Assembly (NCBI GenBank): GCA_965644315.1
Contig: CBFFRQ010000069.1
Span: forward strand, 868,001-932,000
Length of the DNA stretch: 64,000 nt
Reading direction: 5' to 3'
Origin: Caecitellus pseudoparvulus
Taxonomy: Eukaryota; Protista; Bigyra: Bicosoecida
The translations under genes were made by a program, and so were the position numbers. This document shows, one piece after another, positions 1-12,000 of this stretch. Positions within the stretch are counted from its first letter, which is position 1; each line of letters starts with the position of its first letter. The notes beneath the pieces were generated by a model that ran no database searches, was not told the origin of the DNA, and saw only the letters and a list, made by a program, of their open reading frames with translations.

Positions 1-3000
1 GACGCGTTGGTGGTGGTGGACGAGGACGTGGGCGACGTCTTGACGTGGTCTGTGGTGAGCGTGTCGCCTGTGAACGGCAGCGCGTTGATCAGGCTGAACG
101 ACAGCAGCACCAGCGTGGGGGGTCCTGCAGGGACAGGCCGGCAGTTGGAGGTGGCGGTGGCGGAGGGTCTGGACTACGAGGCATGGCCGGAGTACAACGT
201 GACGGTGTCTGTGCAGGACAGCGCGGGGAACGAGTCCGTGGTGGTGGTGCGTGTCTCCGTTGTAAATATCGATGAGCCCCCTGATGTCGACGTTGCGGCA
301 ACCCGGTTTGTTGGTGAATTGTCTCTCGTTGGTCAGTGTATTGCTCCTGATTTGATTGCCATTGACCCAGATTTTCCAAGTAGCAATGTCAGCTATTTCT
401 TGGCAAGTTCGACGCCTGACTCCGGAACTTGGACGGTGTTAAACGTGTCAAGTTCTCCTTGGACTGGTTGCCTTCAGCTTCAAGCCCCCCTTGATCAAGA
501 AACTACGAGCTCGTTTCTTCTGCAGATTTCGTATTGCGACAAGGAGGGTCTGGCAGGCTCCGTATGCACGCAGCAGTCCCTGACCATCGTTGTTGGTGAT
601 GAGCCTGAGCCTCCCACAGATTTTCTGCCTTCCATTCCAGTGGACGTATTTGAGAATGCCACGGCGGGCCACCTTATCGCGCCAGTTTCAGCCTACGATC
701 CTGAGGGCGCAGACCTTACATTTTTGTTGGCTGAACCTGCAGTCAATTTGTCTCTTGCGAGCATAGGAGGGGCGGACGGTGAGCTGCGCGTGGCTACCAG
801 CCTTGATTTTGAGCAAGTTTCACAGTACACTTTGAACGTGTCTGTGACTGACAATCAGACCTTGACTAGCTACTTTGCACTCGTTGTTAATGTGCTGGAT
901 GTAGACGAGGCTCCCGACCCGAACCCGCGACCGCTGTTCATTGACGAGAACTCTCCGATAGGCTCGCTCATCTTCGAAATGACGGCTTTCGATCCTGAGT
1001 CAGACACGCTCACATGGTCTCTACCGCCCGGAGCCACGCCTGATCAATCAAGTGTTTCCATTGCGCCCAGCTCTGGCACTCTGACTTCAGCAGTTGTGTT
1101 CAACTTTGAAGCTCGCAGCCAGTACTGGCTTCAGATTAATGCCACTGATTCTGCACTGAACACAGGCGGGCGGCTGTTTTCCCTCAGCGTGAATGATGTG
1201 CAAGAGCCACCAGAAGCCATCGACGCGTCAGTGTCATTGGTGGAGAACTCAGCTGCTGGGACCTTAGTCCACAGCTTGAGTTTCACCGACCCTGAAGATG
1301 GAATTGCCAACAAAGTCATCTCCATCATCCAAGGTGACAGCGATGGATTGTTCCAGATCTCCAACACGGGGGCACTTGAGCTCTCCCGTAGCGGTCCAAA
1401 TTTTGAGGAGGATCCTGTGTTCAACCTGACCATTCTAGTTGAAGACGCCACAGGTCTCAACACCACCGCGAGAGTTAATGTGACTGTGGTTGATGTCAAT
1501 GAGGCACCTCTCATTTCAGCTGGTCAGCTGTTCTCTGTCAACGAAACGGCAGATATGGGCTTTGCTTTCTCTGCCCCGGTGGTGGGTTGGGATGTGGACA
1601 ACGACACGGGCTTGGTGTGGACTCTTACAGGTGGTAATGTCAACAACGTCTTCGCTATCGACAGCGCGGGTTACCTATCAGTGGCTGACAATTCCACCCT
1701 TGACTTTGAAACCAGGCCTTCGTACTCTCTGACAGTTGAACTGTCCGATGGGTCGCTGAGTGACACCAAAGTTGTGACTGTGCAAGTTTTAGACCAGAAC
1801 GACATCCCTGTTCTTTCTCCAGTCAATTTCACCATAGCCGAGAACACCGCTGGGGGCACCCTCATCAGCACAGGGGGTCAACCAAGCTTGCTGCCCTTGG
1901 TGAACTACACGTCTGATGAAGACTCCGCCCCGGGTTTCGCACAGCCGTTTTCCTTTGAAGTACTTGCGGGCGACAGTCGGTTTGAAGTGTCTGCAGACGG
2001 AAACGTCTTTGTGGCTGCCTCTGGTGGAGGTCCCGGCAATTTGGACTTTGAAACTGGCAGCCCCATGGTTCTTCAAGTGCGGGCGCGAGATGCTGGCGGC
2101 GAAGCGTCTGTTGTTGTTCCCATCACGTTTGTGTTGGGAGATGTGAATGAGCACCCGTCCGTTCTGGATCAAACTGTTCACATCTTGGAGAATGCCACAA
2201 TGGCTGGGCCAGCTGCTCCGGCTCTGGTTTTTGCGGATGAAGACGCTGGTGACAGCCACACCTGCGCTCTGGTTTTACCGCGGTCAGATGTTGATCCGCT
2301 TGATCCAGGCTCATTCCTTTTCGACGTCGTCGGACCGCCATGCACAATCAGGCGTGCTGCTCAGTTTGGCCTGAATCATGAAGCACAAGCTGGGCCGTAT
2401 TCTTTGACTCTCCAGGTTGAAGATGCCTTGGGTCTGCAGAATTCGTCAGTCATCACTGTGCATGTTGATGATGTCCCGGAGCCACCTCGCTTCATTGACA
2501 GGTTCGGGCGGTGGGACCCACGGTTCCCGGATGCAGCATTCAGTGACTGGGCAGCGGTACACGAGGTGGCTCCTCCAGGTACAGCGGTGTATTCCCTGAA
2601 CGCGTTTGACGAAGATGTTGGCCAGAACTCGTCCATCTTGTATTCATTTGGCTCCATCGTGCCGCCGGTGGGTGCTTCCTACTTCGACTTGGACAACACC
2701 ACTGGGTTGGTGCGCACAACTCTGGCGGGTCATTTTGGGCTCTCTTTCGAAGACCGAATCATCTACAATTTGACTGTCTTTGCCAGCGATGGGGCCTCAC
2801 CAGTCCCGCTTGTGTCCTCAGCCATCATCCACGTGTCCATCGAGGATTCGCCTGAGGCCCCTGTGGTTGTAAACTCCACGAGGTATGCGTACGAACACGC
2901 GCCAGCTGGTTGGCAGTTGAGCGCGAACTCAACTCCTTCCTCAGCCCTTCTGGCTGGTGACGCAATGGACTTCATCGATTCCGATTTTGGAGCCACAGGG

Positions 3001-6000
3001 GTTTTTCAGATCGTCGATGGAGACCCGTCTGGGTGGTTGTCGACGGATGGCGCATTTGAAGAATTCCTGGTCGCAGCTGCGGGTGAGCTTCTTGACTTCG
3101 AGACGGCCAGTTCGCTGACGTTGACAGTCCAAGTTGAAGACAACAGCGGGCTCATTGGGTACGGAACGATGCAAGTCTTGCTTGTGGACATTGATGACCC
3201 GGCCATCATCACTTCTTTGCCCAGCGCTTCAGTGGATGAGAACGCCCCACCGCAGACAAGTGTTTACAACGCCACCTTCTCTGATGTGGATGGCGACTTC
3301 TGCATGTGGAGTATCTTGGCTGGGGCTGGTCCAAGTGGCAACCCATTTTTCTCAATCGATGAAGTGACAGGGCAGATGTCCACGACCCGGCCGTTGAATT
3401 TTGAGCTCGATCCACAGCAGTTTAACGTAACGATCCAGTGTAACAGCAGCAACTCTGGAGGAAAGCCAACCCCATGGGGTCCTGCTCTGAGCTCTCTCGT
3501 CGTAGTGGTAGACGTTGCAGACAAGAACGACCCCCCGGTGGTAACCCCCTTCAGTGCCACACTTGCTGAGAACTCAGCGGCAGGCACCTTTGTTGGACTT
3601 GTCCCTGCTACCGACGAGGACTTCGCGACAGGGCAAGAGTTGACGTGGTCGGTGTCCGGAGGAGATCCTGGCTCGCTCTCTTTCTTTTCAATCAACGTGA
3701 CTACCGGCGAGCTTCGTGTTTCAAGCAATGCCACACAGCTCCCAAATGACGCCTGGTCGCTTGACTTTGAAAATCAACAAGATCACTGGCTGTTTGTGTC
3801 TGTGCAGGACAACGGTGCAGACCCTGCTGCGCTTGTTACCACGGTGCGGGTGAACATCAGTCTAGCTGATGAGAATGAGCCTCCTCTCGTCGACCTCTCG
3901 GCTTTGTTCATGTCCGAGAACGCCCCTGTCGGCTCTGTGTTCGGCTACAACTCATCTGGATGGCAGTGGTGGGGAAGGGAGGCAAGTGCCTTGTCCTCAC
4001 CGTTTTACACGCAGGACTTGTTGGGCCTTACGACTCCTCAGGCTACTGCAGAAGCTGCGGCGCACGCCGGCAATGTTCCAAACGGCTCCTCTGTGGGCAT
4101 CTTTGATGCTGACTTGGGTGGTTCGCAGGCGGTCTCGATTTCTGCTTTCCTTCTTCGTGGAACCGGGATGGACTACGTTCCCGACTCGGTGTACACCACG
4201 AATTCTGGCTGGGCGGTTCGGCGGACGACCTCGCTCACAGAGGCCAGTGCTGCTCTTGCGCAGGGCCAATGCTGTGGATTCGGGCCCCTCTCTCGTGGCT
4301 ACTTCCCGGCCAGTACCAATACCAGCCTTCCCAACGGCAAGCACAAGCAATCACCGATCCCCCCCTGCCAGCTGCACTTCGACGCAGTGTCGCGCCGCTT
4401 CTCTCTGCAGAACGGCACGTTGGATCACGAGTCAACCCCAAGGCTTCAGATCTTGCTGAAGTTGGAAGATGACGGCAGTGGATTCGCTTCTCCTGAAGTC
4501 GCCTACTACTTGCTCGACCTTCACGTGCTCGACGCGAACGAGCCCTCTACACTCCAAGCTTTTGAGCTGGGGACGACCAGCATGAATGAGAACGCTGCAC
4601 TCGGATCGGTCGTTGGGGACACCTTCTTGCAAGTGGTTGACCAAGATGATCAAGTGCTGCTCACAAGCGTACTTGACAATGCGGGATCAAACTACTTCAA
4701 CGCAACACCTGCCATTTCTTTTAGAGATGACAACGGAACCCGACTTCAGGCTGTTCTTGAGGTAGTGCAGCCTGCCCTTCCATCAGGAACGCGACTGTTG
4801 ACCCTGCAGGCGGTGGATCTGGACGATTTCCGTTTGAGCAGCAAAGAAGCCACCATGGTTGTGCGAGTCGCAGACGTGAACGATTTGCCCCAACTACCCG
4901 CAGCAACTACGATGCCCATGCAAGTGTTTGAGAACAGCCCAGAGGGCACGATCGTAGCAACAATCGAGGCAAGTGATGCAGACCTGTACCAGATGCTGAC
5001 TTACTCAGTGCAAGGAGACATGGCACCGTACTTCCGCATGGTTCCCGACCCGGAGGTATTTTTGCAGCGCTACCCAGCAAATGTGACGGGCACCTCTCGC
5101 TTGCCCACGCCAAGGACTGTGTTAGACCGTTACTCTGCTTCTCCGTACTTTGGAAACATTACTCGAAGAGCCCACCTCGTTGTGGCTCGGAACAGCATCG
5201 ACTACGAGTCCATGCTTGGCAACCCCACGTTTGGGAAGTTCGAGGTGACTGTCAGGGTCCAGGATGAGCACTACGTGTCTGGCCCGAACGGCTTCCAAGA
5301 GCCAACGCCCTCTTCTCCCCTACCAAGATCTTCGGAGGTGACCTACACCATTGTAGTTCGGGATGTTCCTGACGTACCTGAGATATTTAATGTGTCCATT
5401 GTGTCTCCCTTTGGCTTGACAACTGCAGGCGGCGAAGAGGTCACCCTGACTGGCTACAACTTGGGGTCCGAATTTGATCCCCACCCGTCCATCCAGCGGC
5501 GGCTGGAAGCGGTGTACTTCTCAAACGCCACCCAAGCTTCCTTCCCTGCCGTTGGCTGCCGCGTGACGAAGCATGACACTGAAATCAAATGCTCAAGTTC
5601 TGCCGGTTTCGGTGCAGGGTATTCTTTCCAGCTGGCACTGGAGGGCTTTACGCCTCTCCCTGGACGGTTGAACCAGCTATCAAATTGGTCGAATGGTACG
5701 ATCACGTATGCGTCCCCGAATCTTGTCGAGTTCTCCGGCGTCGGCTCTCAGGAGGCAAGCAGCAACGGGTCTCAGCTCGTCAGGATACGGGGCTCCCAGT
5801 TTGGAACAGTTGCGGCCGGCGCGTTGGATTCCGTGACGTATGGACCCACTGGGCGCGAGTATAATGCCACAGACTGTGCTGTCGTTGTGGACCACTCCAC
5901 CATTGAGTGCTTGACTGCTCCAGGTGTGGGGAAAGACTTGCGCTGGGTGGTTGTGATCGCAGGCTTGACCTCCCAGACTCCAACTACGTCATACGCAGCG

Positions 6001-9000
6001 CCTTCCATTTCTAGTGTGCGTATCCAGCGGGGTGATAGTAGCAATAGCACTGGGAGCAGGACTTCGGGCGGCTTGGACTTCCTGCTTCTTGAAGGTGAGA
6101 ACTTTGGTGCCCTGACAGAGCGAGAACCAGCCGTTGACCTGGTACAGTACGGGCTCTTGTCTGCTGGGGACTCCCAACTTTCTGGCCGACGTCTCTCCTC
6201 TGGCTGGTCCGACCCTCAGGTTCCATCCGACCAAGATTGCAGCCTTCCAACGCCTGCCGTGACAGGGGACAGTAGGCTGAATCCGTCACTTGACGTGATC
6301 TTCACAGCGACAGCATGCCGTGTCGTCGCGAGTCATACCCTTATCCGATGCACCATGGCTGCAGGGATGGGGAGCAACCTGCATGTGCAGGTCACGGTGC
6401 GGGGCCAAAAGTCTCCCGTTTCTCCTGCCCCGATTTCATATGCTCGACCATCCATCTCTGGAATCGTCTCCATTGGCACGGGGCAGCCATTTGCCTCGAC
6501 AGATGGCAGCACGGAGGTGGTGGTGAGTGGGCAGGACTTTGGGCGGCCCAACGCGAAGGTGGTCGTGTTTTTCGGAGTGGTGCAGCTGCATCGCAATGGC
6601 TCTGTCTTGACTGATCCCTACAAGCGGGGCATCGTCATTCCCACAGGTTCGCACACAGCGCGGAATTTCGTCGCCCCCCCCGGACATGGCAGGCATGTCC
6701 CAATCAGCATCCAAGTGCAATGCCAGGAATCAGAACCTGTGCAGACGTTCTCTTACCGGCCTCCGTCCGTGGCACTGCTTGACCACTTGTCGGGTGGTCT
6801 GGCCAACCCCCCGATCAGACTGGCCATTGACGGCACGGGGTTTGGCGAGTGCTGTTTCCGGCAGCGCATTCTCCTGCAACGGCTCGCGGCTGGAGGCCCG
6901 CTCCCAACGCCTGCCGAGGAGCCGCTGACTCAGTGCCAGTGCAACCGATCTTCGGTGGAACGCGTCACAGTCTTCCAATCCGGCACAAACCAACCCTTTG
7001 ACTGTGACATTGAGTCGTTGACTGAGACTCGCATCACTTGTGCGCTGTCTTTCTCAGTGTTGCCAGGGCCAGACAACACGACAATTGTAAACACAGTGCT
7101 GGATGGGTTGTTACAGGTGCACATTGGCGAGCAGGCCTCACAGCTTGCGGTTTACCAGTACGGCGACATTCTTGACCGGCCAAGCATCGAAGATGTTACT
7201 CCCGAGACCGCCCCGACTACGGGCGGGACCTTGCTGAGCTTGACGGGCTTCAACTTTGGCAACCTGCGAGAGACCATCAACATGGTGTACTGGAGGCCGA
7301 ATAGCACGCAAACTCAGGTGGTTGTCCAGCCAGTGCCTCAGAGTAGCATAACCTTCTGGTCCGACACAATGGTGAACTTTACTGTCCCCGCTGGCCAAGG
7401 AAACCCGGCTATCGAGATGGCGTTCTCGGGCACGTCGACCAGGGTCCGCATCGACCGCTTCTCTTACGCGCAGCCTGTCGTTGAGCGCGTGTTAAACCCT
7501 TCGAGCTTCTCAGATGGCTTCCTCCACGCTCATGCTGACAACAACCCAAACGTCCACCCAACGTCGGGAGTCCCAGTTGAGGCTCCACTCTTGGTCATCC
7601 AAGGTCGCAACTTTGGTCAGAACCTGCCGCTGCCCACTGCTGCTGTGGTTGCCCGTGGGATAGTGCCCAGCAGTGATGGTGCGACGCTCCTCGAAGGGGG
7701 CCTTCGCGCACAGCCAGCACCGACTGGAAACGGAGTGCCCGCAACGCTGCTTGGCTCCCGCCTGGAAAATTTTGTCACTGTTGGCAGCCGGCAGTGCCCG
7801 ATCGTGTCTTGGTCATCTGCCGAAATCCGCTGCAGGGCTCCGCCTGGCGTGGGCATTGATCACGTCATTGCTGTCCACGTGTACACTCGGCGGTTTCAAA
7901 CGGTCCAGCAAGACATGTGGCGCCGCACTGAAGCACCCACTCGTTTCTCATACCACCCCCCTGCAATCTCTGCATTGGTGTATGTGGATGCGGACCGTGG
8001 GTACCCAGCAGGCCCGGAGAGCCATGGCCCGACGACTGGCGGAGCCCTTGTGGAGTTACACGGTTCGTCCTTTGGGTCGTCTGCGCAGGCAGGGTCAAAT
8101 CTGGAGCTGTCTGTTGAAGGCGCAGCTGCGCTAGGCTCCGAGGACATTGAAGTGCATACTCACAGCATTGTGAGGTTCAGGACTCCACCTGGGCAGGGCA
8201 GCGGGCTCGCATTGAGTGTCCGCGTGGCAGGCCAGTCTGTCTCCGCGGCCGTCTTCAATTATGACCCACCGGTGGTATTTGAAGTTTCAGAGTTGACGTC
8301 TGTGTCACGGGTGCCAGGCCAAGCTGTGAATCCCAACGCGAGCAGCACATCCACCGGCCAGCTGCGTTTCAATGCTCGCGGCTCCACCTTGGTGCTGCGT
8401 GGGCTGAACTTTGGCGCCGAGCAACCCCTGCCGTCAGTGCAAGTGGGGGGATTTGACTGCCTGTACAACTCACATACACAGAGCCGCGTGGAGTGCCAGG
8501 TTTCTGATGTAACGGTCGGCCCGAAGTCGCTGAGGCTTGAAGCTGCACGGCAGGTGATCTTCATCCCTGAATCCAACAGCGGCTTGTTCGGCGAATGCCG
8601 CAGTGGCGAGTTTGGAATCATCCCCGGCGTGGACAGGTGCTACACCTGCCCAGGGTGTTTTGAAGCGGCATGCGCGCGCCTGGACCCAGTTCAGGACCCT
8701 GTCTCAACTTGCACGGGTGGGACGGAGCCACCTGTGGCGGCGCCTGGGTTTTGGCGCCTCAAGCGCTCGGAATTGGGTGAAAACAACCCGTTGGCACAGC
8801 AGGCAGATCTAACTGACTACGAGGCACAGCGCCGCGAGGAGTTCTACGCTGACCTGCAAGCTTCTTTGAACGGCACCTCGGCAGATGGCACATCCCAGAC
8901 TGAGTTCATCTTCACACGGTGCATGCCACCTGAGGGCTGCGTCGGCAACAATACGTGTGCTGACGGATACGAAGCTCCTGCATGTTCCATCTGTACCCCC

Positions 9001-12000
9001 GGATCGCACCAGCGCGACCTCATCACGGGTGGCTGCACCCCTTGCCCAGACGCTCCTATGTTGTACATGGTGGCCATGCTCGTCGGAGCCATAGTCGTCG
9101 GCGCTGTGCTGTTCAAGCTGTATAAGAAGGGTCCATCCGTGGCAGCGCTGGGCATCGCCGTGGACTACTTCCAGATTCTGTCCGTGTTTAGTACGCTGTC
9201 GTTGGAGTGGCCAGAGACGATTGTGTTTGTGTTTAAGATTGCATCAGCTTCTGCCGCCTCAGTGGAAGTCACATCACCAGAGTGTGCCGTGGAAGTGAGC
9301 TACAACCAGAAGTGGTACTTCTTTATGGGCATCCCTTTAGTGTCCATCATCGTACTGGGCATCACGCACTGTCTCATTGTGTTCAAGAAGTGGCTCAAGT
9401 TCCGGGGCAAAGTTGTGGACAATGTGAACTACACGAAGCACTTGCCAGCCATGATCGGCTTCCTGTTCATGATGCTGTCGTTCTTGTACATTTCCCTGTG
9501 CAGCAAGGCTTTCGAAGTCCTGCGCTGCATCGAAGTGGGCGGGCTTAAAGTCTTGCAAGTGGACACTGAAGTGTCTTGTACAAATGTGGAATATGAACGC
9601 ATGAGCTGGTGGGCACGAATTGCCATTGGAGGGTATGGGGCGGGCATCCCGCTGGTGTTTGGCATTATCATCTTCAAGTCTGCCCAGAAGATGAAGGTGG
9701 ACCAGGCCTTGCGCATCCGCAACCTCGCCGGCAGCCGCGACACCAACCCCTACTATGACATGCAGAAGCGGTTCAAGCGCCTGTATTTCAAGTTCAAGCC
9801 CGAGTACTACTACTGGCTGCTGGTAATTCTGGCGCGCAAGTTCCTCATCGTTCTGGTGTCGTCCCTCCTCTTCGATAAGCCCATGCTCGCTGCCACATCA
9901 ACCGTAATCGTGCTCTTTGCAGCGGTGCTGATGCAGCTCATCTTCATGCCGTACAGGCAGCACACTCAGCAAACGAAGGATGAGGCGACTGCATCTGGAG
10001 CCCTTGGTGATGAAATCCCCAAGCACATTCTGGAGAAGCTCCGCAAGGAGCTGGCGGGCGGAGCTGAGGCAGAGGGGAAGCCCAGTCCATCCAAGGGCAA
10101 TGCCAGTCAGCAGCCAGCCGGCTCAACACCGAAGGGCATTGCTGTGGCTTCTCTGTCTCCCCCTTCTAGGCGAGGATCAGCAACGTCCGTGCTGAATCCG
10201 TTGTCGGGTGGGGCTCCTTCCCCATCGTCAGCTGCACGGAAGCGCAAGCCAAACTCAAAGGCAGTCGTGGACGTGTACAAGCGAGGCGTTGAACTTGATG
10301 GGCTGCTGCACGACCGATCTCTTCTCATGGCAAATGATCCCAGCCTGGTTCTACGGCAGCCCACCCCTGGAGCCCGGGCGTCGGCAGGCTCCACCCGCTC
10401 TGGCTTGACAAAGTCTACACGGGTGTTCACGAAGGTGACCAACCCTGTTCACTCGGCGACATCCCGCAGCGCCAGCGTGGGCAAAGCAAAGGCTGGGGGC
10501 AGCGCGGGGGAGCGCCAGGGTCGGTCAGCCAAAGGCAGCAATGGGTGCTGGGGTTACCTGTGTTGTTGCTGCGGCAAGGACGCGCAGCCGGTGGAAGGCC
10601 TAGAGCTGCGCGAGGAAGCGAGGAAGGGTGGAAAGACGAAGGTGAAAGTCAAGTACTTGTACGATTACAACTCGCTGGAGACTACTTTCTTGGCATGCGG
10701 CATTTTTGTGCTGCTGTCGGGCGTCATGTTCAAGAGCGCGGATGCCACGGATGAAGTGAAGGCGGGCAGCGCGGAGGCGAAAATCCTGGAGTATGTGGTG
10801 ATCGTGATTGTTGTGGGCTCGACATTCATCTGCGTTGCCACGGTCCTCGCGGAACTTGTGCTTGGCTTCAAGTACTTCATGTGGGCAGGAGAGGTCCGGA
10901 GGCAGCGCGAGCGGGAAGCCAAGCGCCAAGCCATTCTTGAAGGGCGAAAAGTACAGCTGTCGCGAGAACAGAAAGCTCTCCTTGTCTGGTCCAAGTTTGT
11001 GTACGCGTGCCCGAGCAGAGTGCGCCGTGGGTGCGCTTGCATTTGCAACGTGCCCGCTCCCGGCATCATCACCGGCGCTGCCTACAAGGCAACCATTGTC
11101 AAGGTTGCCAAGGGCAAGACCAAAGAGACAGCAGCCATTCACAGCCGCAGGAAGGCGTCTTCGCCAGGTCGTAAACGAGCTCTGACCCTCGGGCGCAGTG
11201 TTCGAGGGCTGTCATTGGGCAGACGTGGCACGATTGATGCCCGCGGTGATGAGACAGACAGCGAAAGCGACGGTGAGCGACAGAAGCGGGAAGAAGCAGA
11301 GAAGTTGGCGGCGAACGCGCAGGGCATTTTAGACAGTGCCAAGCCTCAAGGCAAGCGCGTGCGTGGGCTGGGTGTGGTGGAGAACGCCACCCCCAGACGC
11401 TTCGCACACCTCAAGGACCAGAAAACAACCAGCATTCATGACAGCAATGTCCGACGCGAGGCAATTCTGGCCAGACTCCGGGCAGCGACCAAGTCGAAGG
11501 GCAGGCTCCCGGCCGGCGTCGTGGCCCCAACTGCCGCCGCGTCTTCCATGGCAGGAGGACAAGGCACCAAAGCCCAGAAGCTGATGGCAGCTGGCACGAG
11601 CAGTCGTGCTATGGCGGAGGAGTCTACAGATTCCGTCAAGGCGCACATGGCGGCACAGCGGGCAGCGGCACAAGAGGCGGCACTGGCCAACAAGTTTGGG
11701 GTGCCAGTATCCACCGTCTCCAAGGCAGTGAACTCCGCCACAGCTGCAGGCATCCTCCGCACGGATGGTGACGACTTCCTGATGTCGGCTGCTGCAAAAC
11801 AGAAGCGTGTGGCTGTGGCGCGCTACGTCTTGTCTGTGCACTTGGGCCGCATCACAAACCTGCAGGCTGAAGGTATACAGGAGGGCCAGCTGCTCCGCAT
11901 GACTCTGAAAACTGGGCATGAAAGCGAAAAGACGACGTTCATGTATCGCCCACAGCGGGAGCAGCGCACCCGTGAAGTTCGCCTGCTCATCTTCGACCCA

